DNA of 64,000 nucleotides from Mobula hypostoma (Eukaryota). The position numbers and the translations under genes were made by a program. Under the pieces are notes generated by a model. It saw nothing but the letters and a program-made list of their open reading frames with translations. It did no database searches and was not told the origin of the DNA. Shown here one piece after another: positions 1-12,659 of this stretch. Position 1 is the stretch's first letter, and every line of letters begins with the position of its first letter. Location: NCBI RefSeq assembly GCF_963921235.1, contig NC_086097.1, positions 62,436,001-62,500,000 on the forward strand, in the 5' to 3' direction.

Positions 1-798
1 GATTGACTGTAAATGAACAAAATCTGTACAGATGCCTAGTGCAGGTAACAGACTGACTGCCTTCATACAATGCTATTGACTATTGCATCTTCCAAATCTT
101 TATTTTCATTGTAACATTCAGGATGATTGCCAATACCTGCAAATTCGCTGGATTTCCTAACTTGTAGTGAAATCATTTCATTTTCACTCCCAGACATTTC
201 TGTCATCTCCAAGTCTTAATGCTTGAAACCACAGTGAGCAAAACAGTTCTGAATTGTCATACTGTTTCTTTTTTGCCTACAAAGTTCTCTTCCTTTTGAA
301 CAGAAACACAAACAGCTGACTCTATTTAAAAACTTTCTGTTCTGAGAATCGTCGTACACGTGCATGGAACTGATGATAATTAAAAATAGTTCAGCATCAG
401 TCTCCTGTTCCAATTAAGCAGCATAGTTTCCCAAATAAACAAAGGGAAACCCAGCTATTTTCTTGATTAGTTTTCATTCACTAGATTTCTCCCAGTTAAG
501 CAGCTGCTCTGATTTTCTGATGGCCCAGATAACCTAATACACTAATGTTACCAGACAGTGCACTCTTAACAGAGTGAGAGCGGGAGTTTGTAGGACGGGA
601 GACAATATGGTGAAGTGGGGTGTAAAGACCAGCGAATCCTGTGAGTATAGCGAAAGGGTGCAGAACATTGAACACGTTCTGCGCAACTGCCCACTCTCAC
701 CTGATTTAGTTAACACTGACCTGCTCAACATCAACCAAGCAACACTAGAGTGACTGGCTCTCTGGTGTGACAAGCTATGATGATGACCTAATCTACTG
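1..798 (-). mobile_element. Tigger/pogo-like non-autonomous DNA transposon remnant, left part outside the window, terminus interrupted by a LINE at 544-786
   Basis: Minus ORF ends TIQNCFAHCGF, the pogo/Tigger transposase C-terminal TIxNCFxxxGF motif. TIR-like end at ~490-543 resumes as cctaatctactg (787-798), followed by TA. Confidence 0.65.
544..786 (+). mobile_element. 5'-truncated RTE-X-like LINE 3' end
   Basis: Plus frame reads TLNRVRAGVCRTGDNMVKWG...SCEYSERVQNIEHVLRNCP, a decayed C-terminal zinc knuckle. (TGA)n tail. Imperfect TSD cctaatacact (533-543) / cctaatctact (787-797). Confidence 0.7.
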
Positions 799-2774
799 TA
801 TGTGCATCTGCTCCAGTTTTCAAAATTCTTGAGTGTGTCCAAACATCTATTATGTCTACTGCAGAGAATCTATTTGTAAGATCTCTACCTACAAACTATC
901 AATTTTTCCTGACTTACCTTCATTTTCAATGCAGATGCAGAGAAGAGCAAAATCCAGCAATTAGTTTATCAAACAATAAGGAATAATGTATTAAAAGTGG
1001 CAAAGTATTGAAATTAAGTGTTCTATTTTCAAGTATCTTGTCAGTACCTTTGGAAATAACTTGGGTTGCAAACATGTCAATCCTGTTCTTCATGTTTTTA
1101 CTTATTTGATCCATAAAATCTGTAAAATCTGCATTTGTTTATACAAACTAAGATGACGAATAGGGAGATCAGTTGTATTCAGTCTGATATTCTTGATATC
1201 TATTGATTCAATCAACTATTTTAATTGGAAGGTTCATGGGGAAAAATAGCAAGCACGTCACCTCTTTCTCACTTGTTTTCTTTATTTTGAAGAGATCATA
1301 CATCATCATTTGAAATGCAAAATGTTACTTCAAAATCACAACCCCTGTCCAGTAGACTGAAAAGAAAGTTATCTTGACAAGCCCATATCAGTAACACAGT
1401 CAATTAATCCAGTTTAACTGGTCACAGATGACAGATTTAATTGGTTGCCACATGGGGAAAAGGAGTGTTGTTATCACAGTGTAGCCGTGACCTGAAAACA
1501 GATGAAGATTGAATCATGTTTCTAAGGGAGAAAATCCAACCGGCAACCAAGACCATGACTGTGTGCTATTGTTGTAGGTGCAAACTGTAGTTTGTTTTTA
1601 TTTCATCTATTCCGATTTCACCAGATTGGAATCTGTATGGAAGTGAGAATATATGCTTCAAGCAAATCAATGCTTCAGGAACCATGTTGCTAGGACAGTC
1701 GAAAAACTAATTCGTTCTTTTGTCTCATTCTATTCATATTAATACAGGTTAAATGTCTGGTGTCTGGTATCAAATAAAACTGATATCCTGATATTTAATT
1801 TACTTATAATGAACCTGATTCATGGTTTATTACTTAGGTTGTACAAACTAATGAGCTTTTTATCCATCTGTTATCTGAAGGCTAACAGAACACAAGAGGT
1901 CCCCAGTGAGCTAATTATGGTAACAAAAATATCTGATTCTAAATATTGTGCTTTAAGTTCACCTTTCACTTTATAGGAAGACAGCATTTATTTATAATGG
2001 TAGAGCTTGGTCTTGTGAAAGAGAGAAATATCTGGATATTAAAATATCTGGATACTAATGGCAGGATATTAAGAATTGTAACAATATCCTCACTGGGGAG
2101 TTTACCAGTGCTATTTGTTAAGGTTTGAACTTGTTTGCCGGGTGGGGACCTAAGGGTAACTAAACTGGAGGAAAGCAAAACTGGAAATAGAAGGTGTGGT
2201 TCAGGTGAGGGGGTACTTAGAAGCAAAATGGCGGTAACATAATTTAATTACTAGAGTATTGATAACCAGATTATACCGGGGAGGGGCAGAATGTACAAGC
2301 AGAAGAGTGCCTCAGCAAATGGACTGCTCATCAGTAAGATAATGGTAATGTAAAATTAAAAGCAAAAAAGCTAAAAGGGGAAGCCAATTCAATAGGATAA
2401 GGATTTAATTAGAGTTATTGAAAATGAAAATGATGAAAACCTGTTTCATTATGCATCTCTGTGCATTGTGGAATGAGGTTAATAAGAACTACAGACACAT
2501 AAAGCTGTTTGTTCATTGGCAATAACAGAATATGAGCATTAAATATTTCTAGATGCAGTGTTCAGGGAAGGAAAGAAAGTGTGGAGGGTAGTGATTAAAG
2601 AAATTAAAGATACATTAAAAAACAGCAACCTGCATGTTTGGTTAACTAAATATGAAGGAAGAGAAATAACACAACTCATTCTTTTGTTGCACATGGAACC
2701 GTTGTGACTTTACACCCTCGAACTATCTGATAATAACAAGAGAATCAAAGATTTCCTTCTACTCCCTCACCCTA

Positions 2775-2900
2775 ATATTCCCTCAGGGATCTGGTCTTGA
2801 CCATCTTTCATTACTTATTTACATTTTACCCTTCAGCAACATTATTCAAACTGCATCAGTTTTGCAAGTATGAAAACAACCTGCTCCTATCATTGTCCAT
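2775..2900 (+). mobile_element. Ancient L2-like LINE RT fragment
   Basis: attccctcagggatctggtcttg resembles the GVPQGSVLG RT motif. Heavily decayed. Confidence 0.4.
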
Positions 2901-3036
2901 TGTTCTTTTGCCCTCTTTATAGTCTTTGATGTAACACACTCCTTATCCAAGATCTGGATGAGCAGAAGTTTCCTCTGTCTTGATCCCCACCACAAAGTCC
3001 ATTCTGTAACAGCTAAGTCCTGGTGAAGTCATCCCA

Positions 3037-3128
3037 CTGATGAAGGGTCTTGGCCTGAAACGTCGACTGTTTATTCTCCTTCGTAGATGTTGCCTGACCT
3101 GCTGAGTTCCTCCAGTATTTTGTGTGTA
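3037..3128 (+). mobile_element. Penelope-like 3' terminal fragment with hammerhead core
   Basis: ctgatga-agggtcttggcct-gaaa-cgtc-gactg followed by the family tail (cctgacctgctgagttcctccag). The 5' strand of stem I is missing. Confidence 0.75.
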
Positions 3129-3435
3129 TGATTCCCCAACTGCTATATTTATTCCTCTTCCCATCTGAGACCACTCTTGGATATTCATTTACATCCTATT
3201 TGACTCTGAACAGCTTTTTCAAACTCAGATTAGCACCTTGTCCAAATCTGCCTAGGTCAATCTTTGACATTTCTCCTGATCTCACTTTTACCTCGGACTG
3301 ATCAGAGTTTTCTCCATTAATTAACTCCCAGACTCAAGTGTTCCACTGTTTTCTGACCATCCTCAAATCTATCCCTCTATGTATATGTGTTCGTCCAGAA
3401 CTCTGCTGTACTAAATATAAGCAAGTCCATTGAAA

Positions 3436-3900
3436 TGGTAGAAATTGCTGGAAGGGCAGGTAGAGTTGAGGAAACAGGTCGGATGCTGAAGGACTTAGAC
3501 AGGTTAGGAGATTGGGAAAGAAAGTGACAAATGAAATACAATGTTGGAAAATGCATCTTCATGCATGGTCATGCACTTTGATAGAAGAAATAAATGTGCA
3601 GATTCCCCATTTCTAAATGGGGAGAAAATCCAAAAATCTGAGATGCAAAGGGACTTGAGAGAACTTGTGCAGAACATCCTAAAGGTTAACTTGCAGGTAG
3701 AGTCAGTGATGAGGAAGGCAAGTGCAATGTTAGCACTCATTTCAAGAGGTCTAGAATATAAAAGCAGGGATATGATGCTGAGGTTTTATAAAGTACTGGT
3801 GAGGCCTCATCTTGAGCGTTATGAACAGATCTAGGCTCCTCATTTAATATAAATTGTGCTGGCATTGCAGAGGGCTCAGAGGAGGTTCACAAGGATGATT
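3436..3900 (+). mobile_element. CR1 LINE ORF2 fragment
   Basis: ORF 3541-3834 contains ISRGLEYKSRDMMLRFYKVLVRPHLE, followed by QRRFTRMI. Confidence 0.85.
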
Positions 3901-4493
3901 CTATTTTGTGGGAGTGTTTCATCTGTCCTTCATATGACACCATCAGGTTGTAGCAGGCCTTTCATTGCCATATTACCATCTCAACTTGTTGCTTCTCAGG
4001 TTTCCTGGAGTATTCACTTATTTTACTCTGAAATCATTGGCAAATGTAACTAGCTCACTGCTGGCCATAAATTGCCAGCCCAGTAAGTCAGATATCCCGA
4101 TATCTCTCTTTTATGTGCTCATTTTTCAGGATTTGGATATCACTGTGAAGCTAACATTGTCCTTTGGAATGATGATGGTGAGCTGCCTTCTTCAACCATG
4201 GGAACCCTTCCCACTAAGCTCTGATTAAAATTCACTGGGATGAATTAAGAACTTTGTTTCCCTCTCCTTAGATAGTCTGACCTGCTGACTATTTTGAGCA
4301 GATCTGTTTTTATTTCAGATTTTCAGCATCTACAGTAATTTAATTTTCTACATTTCCTTGTTCATACTTGCTAGTGAAATAATATTATTGTACTTTTATT
4401 TAAGTACAAAAACAGAAAGAAAAATCAAAGAAAGGTGCTTGAGACTGCAATATGTTGATTTTCTTGTTCTCTAAAACATTCTATATAATGTGA

Positions 4494-5020
4494 ACTTAGT
4501 GGCCACTTTATTAGGTACACTTTTACACCTGGTTATTAGTGCAAATGTCTAACTAGCTAATCATGTTACAGCATTAGGACGTGCAGACATGGTCAAGAGG
4601 CAGTAAGAAATGTGATCTAAGTGACTTTGACCATAAAATGATTGTTGGTGCCAAAAGGAGTGGTTTGAGCATTTCAGAAACTGCTGATCTCCTCCAACTT
4701 TCACACACAGTGGTCTCCAGGGTTTACAGAGAATGGCATGAGAAACATCCAGTGAGAAACAGAGGCAGTTCTGTGGCCTAGAAAAGCCTTATTTATAAGA
4801 GAGGTCAGAGGAGAATAACCATTCGGGTTCAAGTTAACAGGAAGGTGACAGTAACTCAAATACATATGCATTTCAGTAATGGTGTGCAGAACAGCACTTC
4901 TAAATGCACAATATGTCAAACTCTTGAAGTAGATGGGCTACTGCAGCAGAAGACCACAAATATGCTCTCAGTGGCCAATCTATTAGATGCAGGAGGTACC
5001 TAAAAAAAGTGGCCCTGTGT
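4494..5020 (+). mobile_element. Non-autonomous Tc1-like element
   Basis: TIRs agtggccactttattaggtac / gtacctaaaaaaagtggcc. Tc1 HTH remnant DLSDFDHKMIVGAKRSGLSISETADLL. Second copy at 28675-29177. Confidence 0.85.
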
Positions 5021-5119
5021 TAATTTTTTAATTCTTGAAATAATCCATTATATACCCATTCCGTTGATTAAATGTTCACTAAATTAGTGCATTTAATAGT
5101 GCATTTCATAAAGGAGATA

Positions 5120-5720
5120 TAAAATTATGGAACCCTGAACTCCCCATATATCGGGTTAATCATATCCCTCCAGTTATGTGGGGAACAGAAGTGTATACAG
5201 TATCCAAGCTATGGCTTATCAAGTGTTCCACAGAATTCTAGCATAACTTATATTCTACACATCAGCTAATTAACGAAAGCACTAAGGATCTGTGGAATTA
5301 TGTTCCTTCACACCACTTCTCAATATTCTTTCATGGATTGTGTATTCCCTTGCCTCTTCTCCAACTGTATTTCCTCACACTTCTCCGGATTAAAATCTGT
5401 TCACCAGTTTACTGCCCTTTCAGCAGATCATCTATAGCTTCTTAGAGTTTAAAACATCTCTCCTCACTGTTAATAGCCCGGGCAATTGTTCTATCATCTG
5501 CAAATCTCTATCATGCTTTCTACATTCATGGCTAAACATTGATACATATTACAAAGAGCGAACCGGAAAACACTAAGCCCCTTGGGACCCATTGTTAACA
5601 ATTGTCAACCAGTCATAAAAATACCCTTCAACCATCACTCTGTCTTCTACCAGATCCCACATTGGATCAAGTTTACCACTATTCCAATTTCTTGACCAGC
5701 TGGTCATGCAGAAAAGTTGC
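5120..5720 (-). mobile_element. Old CR1 ORF2 fragment
   Basis: Decayed RT motifs on the minus strand (RVMVEG...GSQG and a KFADD-like segment). Confidence 0.6.
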
Positions 5721-6944
5721 CAAAGTCCATGTAGTCTACCAAGCAAAGGAAAATAGAGATGGAGGTAATTCAAATAGAACGGCAGAGGCTGGGATCTTGA
5801 AATATAAACACATCATTCTGAGAACCAGACAGCATCTGAGAAAAAGAAACAGAGCCAATGTTCTGAGACCCTCCAGCAGAGAAGAAGGCATGATGCCAGA
5901 CACACAACGCCATTAATAGGAAGGTCACAAACCAGCACTAGATGTGTTCTCCTATGGAAATCTTCTTGTGTGCTATTTGATGTATGAAGAGGATTGAATA
6001 AATGTGATTTTTTTTCTTTTGCTATGTAATTGGGTTTTTAACTGTTGGAGCAATTCTGAATCTCCAGATTGTGCGTAATATTATTGAATAATGTCATGCT
6101 AGATTGAAACTTTATGTTTCAAGCAGTGTAAATCAAGTTGGATTAGATCATGAAGTCTGCTAGAATTAAGCAGATACAAGATAAATTTATTTTAAATATA
6201 TACAACCTTCCAGTATCTTCAAGCTACCTGAGTAGTTGGTCCTGATACTTACAGTGAGATCAAAATGGAGAAGGAATAGGTTGAGTCACTGATAAGTGGT
6301 GGGGTGAGGTGGGTGGGTAGTAAGGGACAAAGTTCGGGGGTGGCAAATACAAGGTGAGGAAGTTCAGGTTGCTGACATGTATTAAATGTCATGTATTTAT
6401 TTCTCTGTATGTTTCTCAGTTTTCAACCAATCTGACAGATTTGGATGTTCTAGAACAGAGAGCAGGTTATCCTGAGACCAGAAATAAAAATCCATCCTCC
6501 TCCTCCTGGCACAAAGTTGGTCCTGTGAATATTCTGTCACCATGGGCCCTGCTTTTCTTGCCCCCATTTCATTGCTGTGATTCCCAGAAACCCTGTGGAG
6601 AATGATTAAAGGTTACAAAACTATAACAATTAGAGGGAGCTGATTACTTTTGGCTCTTAACCATCTGGCCTAGTTCCTGGGAGTGGATAATCACCTGCTC
6701 TCCTCCTCGAGCTTATTTAAATCCAAAAATCATAGTCTTTGAAGTTTTCCCTAATTTTAACTATTGGATCCTAAATGTACCTCTTCCTTGGGATAAAATT
6801 ATACATATTTACTTGTTTCCCTCTCCAGAAATATTAGTAACGTACCAGTTTTTGTATTTCAAGCACTTGTAATTAAAGAGTGCATTTCTGTGCATTGTAG
6901 CTGCATATTGGTGGTGCTTATAGCATGCTGTAATAATAGGGAAG

Positions 6945-7715
6945 TACTACATTTCTATAGCTCTTCTGCTATTGTCCCCAAGGACTTCAATGCCAATGAA
7001 CTACTGTACAAATGGTGTCATGATTATGAATGTAGGAAATCCAACATCAAGTCTGCACTGACATTGGTCGAATAAACAAATATTGATTGAAGGATTAAAA
7101 TAAGCCAAGATACAAAGCTGAGTTTCTTTGTTCTTGATTAGAGTTAGGTATGCTATTGGACCATTTATGTCCACTTGAGAGAACAGGCAGATCCTTGGTT
7201 TAAACCTTCACTGGAAAACCAGCAGGGCTGATATTTCTTGTATGCAACACAGATATGACATATTAGCCCATGTACCTTGAACTCTTCTGACATCTGATTC
7301 CATGGATGTTACTGGAACTAGATTTCAGAAATAAAGTTCAATATTGCTACATTAGATTTTTGGCCCAGAGCAGAGAATGAATGTCTACAGCATCACCTCT
7401 GACAATGCAGCAATCTTTCTGTACCACACATGAATGTTAAGATTTTTATCTCTGAACTGATACATTTAAAGATGAACTGAGCAAAAAAGTCTTTATTCAG
7501 AGTATTCTAAATCTGTCTTCTCAAGATGCCTGTCGTTGATCAACTATTGAATATATTCAGGGCTGAATTCAAAGGGTACCAGTGAGTTCAGGATCAGATA
7601 TGATCCTGCACCTCAGGATCAGCAAGCTTAAGGGGCCTTTTGACATACTCCTGCTGGTAGTATTTATGTTCTCACACAGAGGTGCAAGAGCTACGAACTG
7701 AGTCACAACTAATGC
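6945..7715 (-). mobile_element. Ancient Deu-domain SINE (SacSINE1/AmnSINE1-like), split by insertions at ~7220-7385 and ~7460-7670 (CR1 3' end)
   Basis: Segments such as gtccacttgagagaacaggcagatccttggtttaaac and cacctctgacaatgcagca resemble the recalled reverse-strand Deu core. The head-like segment gagctacgaactgagtcac lies at ~7690. Confidence 0.55.
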
Positions 7716-9624
7716 TGATATAGAAAATTGTGATTATTCTGCTACTCCGATGTGCTCCAACAATTCAGACTGAGCATCTTGGTCCACTGAATGTGGAATT
7801 TTAAAATGCAAAACTGCTTTGCTTATGGTACATTTTTTCCAGAACATTTTATCTTGCACAGTAGAAGCTAGCTATAATGATACCAAACTTCCCAAAATGG
7901 AACACATGAAAGTCAAACCCTGTGGCGATGACACCATTCGCAGTAAGAAGCTGGCACTCTGCACATCATAAGAACACAATATTATCACAGAATGTCTGAC
8001 AGAATTTTACATGTAAATTATTTAAATTGCCAAAATGTTGAATAAGAGAGACGTTTCATTTTAATTTGTTCTTTTTAGTTACTGAGAAGAAAATATTTTT
8101 CCAGACCAAGGACTTCTTCCCCAGCTCAGTCGCATTAATGTTAAATTAACCATCATGCAGTGGTGTGGAGGCCAGATTAATTATAATCCTGTAATTTGAA
8201 AACTGGGTCAGAGTGAGCAGTGGGACTCACAGAAACTCAAATATATTTTTGTATTTGAATTGAGGAACTCAAAGGCATATCATTTATACACTGATTAAAC
8301 CTTTTAAATATTAACTTAGTGTTTGACAGAAAGACTGCTGTGACTTGCAAAGTGGAAAACAAGCTGTTCAGTCCCAGTAGACCTTTCTGGATGTATTAAA
8401 TGAGGGTTGCAAAAGGGAAATACCTGACTCCTGCTCTGACTGCTCTGAGTTCCTCTGCTATTCCAAATAAAAATCCACCAAAGATTTCATAATAAAACAA
8501 GTATTTTTTCTCCCCACCTTTACTAGCAGAAATCTTATTCTTCAGAAAGGAAGTAGCTATTTTGTGGCTATGTTAAAGATACCGAATATATTTGAACAAT
8601 AGACATTGCGCTGTGAAAATATTAATAATGAGTGCCCCAGAACAAGAAGAGACATTGATTTTGCAGCTGCCTGCTTCATTCGCTGTTCAGGTCTTATTGA
8701 TCTGGGCACGAAACAGGAACTTCACTGCAATTCTACCAGGAAAATATGGTGGGAAATTTGAGGGATGGGAATTATGCCTAGTGCGCAGTTCCTCAACACT
8801 TCCTAATGATTGACTAATGGGAAATGAATGTCATATTTCATTCATAATTTAAGTTTGTCACTAGTTTGATAGATCTATAATAAGTGCAAGACATGGGGCC
8901 ATAATGTAGCCCTACTCAATGACACAAAGCTCATTTTGTGTCATAATGGCTATATATCTTGTCTCTTATTCTTTGGAATTGCTATGTCAGACATTTATTG
9001 AGTAGAAATCTTGGTTATGACATCTGCTATTCTGCTACTTTGCAGGACCTATAAATAATTCCTCAACAACTAATATCTCTTGGAGTACCTCATGCTACCA
9101 ATCATACACCTTGCTCTTGACCGTGATAAGTGCTAAAGGCAGCGAATGCAAATTTGCCCTCTCAAGCAGAAGACAACCTACTTGTAAGAATGGGGTTTGA
9201 GAAGATTATTTTCACTCTGTTGGCTCTTTTAAGTCAATACAAGGTAGCTGAAAGATCTGAAACAGCAGTCTGTGCATAGATCTGAACTAAAACATTAACC
9301 CTGTTTCTCTCTCCATTGATGCTGGCTGACCTGCAATCATTTCCAGAAATCCTGCTCTAGTTTAGATTTACAACATCCACAGTTCTGTTTTTGTTTTTTT
9401 TTAAAACATATCTAATATTCCCTTTAAAATTATTGATTGAACTGAGTCATACCTTGAACAAACTGAGTCCAAATGCAACCAGGAAGCAGATATAATGTCT
9501 CATCCTGAAACATCAGCCATCTCCTTCACTTTGCAAATGCTATGAGACCTGCTGAATCTTCCAGAATTTTTCTTTGTTCTGTATTCTAGCTTCTTCAGTC
9601 CCTTGCATCTATCAAGGGACTGTA

Positions 9625-9998
9625 GATGCTGGAATTCAGAAGAATGAGAGGAGATCTTATAGAAACATATAAAATTATGAAAGGGATAGATAAGATAGAA
9701 GCAGGAAAGTTGTTTCCACTGGTAGTTGGGACTAGAACTAAGAGACATAACCTCAAGATTCGGGAGAGTAGATTTAGGACAGAGATCAGGAGGAACTGCT
9801 TCTCCCAGAGAGTGGCGAATCAGTGAAACTCTCTGCCCAATGAAGCAGTGCAGGCTACCTTAGTAAATATATTTAAGACAAGGTTGGAAAGATTTTTGCA
9901 TAGAAGGGGAAGCCAGATCAGCCACGATCTTCTTGAATGGCGAAGCAGACTCGACGGGTCAGATGGCCTACTCCTGCTCCTACTTCTTATGTTCTTAT
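9625..9998 (+). mobile_element. CR1 LINE 3' fragment
   Basis: LEFRRMRGDLIETYKIMKG...FSQRV, CR1 3'UTR and a ttcttatg tail. Confidence 0.9.
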
Positions 9999-11490
9999 CT
10001 CCAGTTAGCATCTAACAAGCTAACAACATTCTGCACTGTGATAGGATGTTAAGCCAGTACACATAATAATTTTCCTCGTTGTTAGGTGGAACTGATGGAA
10101 GCAACAGCATTCCTCACTGTGATAGGAGAGTAAGCTAATGCAGGCAAGAACATTCTTGATTATTATAGGAGAATATTCCTCACCATGATGGATGGAATTG
10201 TTGCTAGTCAACACATTGCCTACAATGATAGAATGATCACGAATGCTTCTGTGGTGTTCAGTGAGAAAATTGCTGCTCTAAAGGGGTCTTTTGTGGTGCA
10301 GAACATGAATTCAGAGGGTCTGAACACTAACTTTGGCTAGCCAATGAGAACATGGAACCATTTCCCGTGATGTTCCTGGGGACTGGATGACTTGCTCCTT
10401 GCAGCAATTAATTTGGGCTTCTCATACTTCGTTTCCACTCCAGGATCCCATGGTAAAGGATATTTCCATCCCTCTATCTGCCTGCTCACAAGGACTGAAG
10501 TGGTGTCCATGAATCATAGGCTGACTTCCTTGCTAATTATCTACCCGCTGTTTATCTACAGTTCACCACAAATATGGTACAAAACTGAAAGTTGCAAAAG
10601 TGGCACGTCTTTTCAAAAGAAAAGGCATCTGGGATGATACGGATTAAAGTCCAGCAGCTACCTGATGAATTACAATATGTAGAATGTTCCTGGAATACCT
10701 TGAGGGCATCCATTACAGGTTGGCAGATATTGTCAATGTTTCCAGTCCAATGACGTGAATAGTGAACTTCATATTTACTCTCAGGTTTCTAGGGATCAAT
10801 GCATGCCATAACAATAGTGCACATTGGGATCAATTATATAAAACAAAACTATAAAACACCAAAAGAAGTAGCAAGTGAGATTCATTCGTATTTGTTATGT
10901 TTAGCATTGTTTCATGCTAAAATGCATCAGGGAAGTCTGAGGAAAAAATTGGGAAGGTGCAACAGTTAAACCTCCTGATTATTTTTGAAAACCAGACTAG
11001 CGAGACTGCCAGCCACAGCCACTCGCAGAAATTGCTACTGCTGTGTCTTTGTCCTAGGAAAGTGATTAGAGCTTTAAAGGACAGTCCCCATGGAAAGAAG
11101 GATGGCATCAAATTTCCATGAAATTGGAAAATATAAGGATGAAGAGCTACAGGTCATCAGTCTGTGTGACCACATCTGCAATTATTGGTACTAACTGAGT
11201 TTCTTGCTGCAGGTGACTCCTTGCTGACTTCTTGCTCTGAGTGAGATTAGTATTCTGCAGAGTCTGTCACATGTACCTCTTCTGTGCATTGCTGCAATGC
11301 TTTGGGAAATATGCAGAACATTGGGAAAAAACTGAGGTAGGCAAATGCAAACTACAAGCATTTACACACCATTGAGGTCCTTTTAATACATGTCTTCCTA
11401 CCAATTTGTTGGGGAGTCAGCATTTTATTTTACTGGCTGTTTCAAAGGAATGTTGCAGGTTATGCATTATTTGCCCAATCTCTATTGTTA

Positions 11491-12510
11491 ATAGTCATCG
11501 TCATAGTCATAGTCATATTTTATTGATCCCGGGGGGAAATTGGTTTTCGTTATGGTTGCGCTATAAATAATTGAATAGTAATAAAACCATAAATAGTTAA
11601 ATAGTAATATGTAAATTATGCCAGTAAATTATGAAATAAGTCCAGGACCAGCCTATTGGCTCAGGGTGTCTGACCCTCCAAGGGAGGAGTTGTAAAGTTT
11701 GATGGCCCCAGGCAGGAATGACTTCCTATGACGCTTTGTTTTGCATCTCAGTGGAATGAGTCTCTGGCTGAATGTACTCCTGTGCCCAACCAGTACATTA
11801 TGTAGTGAATGGGAGGCGTTGTCCAAGATGGCACGCAACTTGGACAGCATCCTCTTTTCAAGCACAACTGTCAGAGAGTCCAGTTCCATCCCCACAACAT
11901 CACTGGCCTTACAAATGAGTTTGTTGATTCTGTTGGTGTCTGCCACCCTCAGCCTGCTGCCCCAGCACATGACAGCAAACATGATCGCACTGGCCATCAC
12001 AGACTCATAGAACATCCTCAGCATCGTCCGGCAGATGTTAAAGGACCTCAGTCTCCTCAGGAAATAGAGACAGCTCTGACCCTTCTTGTAAACAGCCTCA
12101 GGGTTCTTTGACCAGTCCAGTTTATTGTCAATTCGTATCCCCAGGTATTTGTAATCCTCCACCATGTCCACACTGACACCCTGGATGAAAACAGGGGTCA
12201 CTGGTACCTTAGCTCTCCTCAGGTCTACCACCAGCTCCTTAGTCTTTTTCACATTAAGCTGCAGATAATTCTGCTCACACTATGTGATAAAGTTTCCTAC
12301 CGTAGCCCTGTACTCAGCCTCATCTCCCTTGCTGATGCATCCAACTATGGCAGAGTCATCAGAAAACTTCTGAAGATGACAAGACTCTGTGCAGTAGTTG
12401 AAGTCCGAGGTGTAAATGGTGAAGAGAAAGGGAGACAAGACAGTCCCCTGTGGACCCCAGTGCTGCTGATCACTCTGTCGGACACACAGTGTTGCAAGCA
12501 CACGTACTGT
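11491..12510 (-). mobile_element. Young 5'-truncated Rex1/Babar LINE
   Basis: PQGTVLSPFLFTIYTSD, KFSDD, KTKELVVD, YKYLG...LYFLRRLRSF. (TATGAC)n tail at 11491-11517. Confidence 0.9.
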
Positions 12511-12659
12511 GCAGAAATGCAGAATGCAGAAATCAGCATTGTGTATGTTTGTGATCATGTCATGCAGGAATGACACTGGAAAAATGTCAGCATCCAAAGA
12601 CAGCAGCCTATCGGTCATAGGACGAATTGTCTTCTAGTGGAAGTGGTCACTCAGAAATT

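Noticed and set aside
1330..1510. Minus-strand acceptor-like ctgttttcag followed by a possible exon
   Set aside because: All three frames hit stops quickly and there is no recognisable product.
2200..2700. Possible very old CR1 endonuclease remnant
   Set aside because: The resemblance is too faint to support coordinates or family.
10024..10195. Two or three imperfect ~30-bp direct repeats (cactgtgatagga)
   Set aside because: Too short and diverged to assign; probably a small old local duplication.
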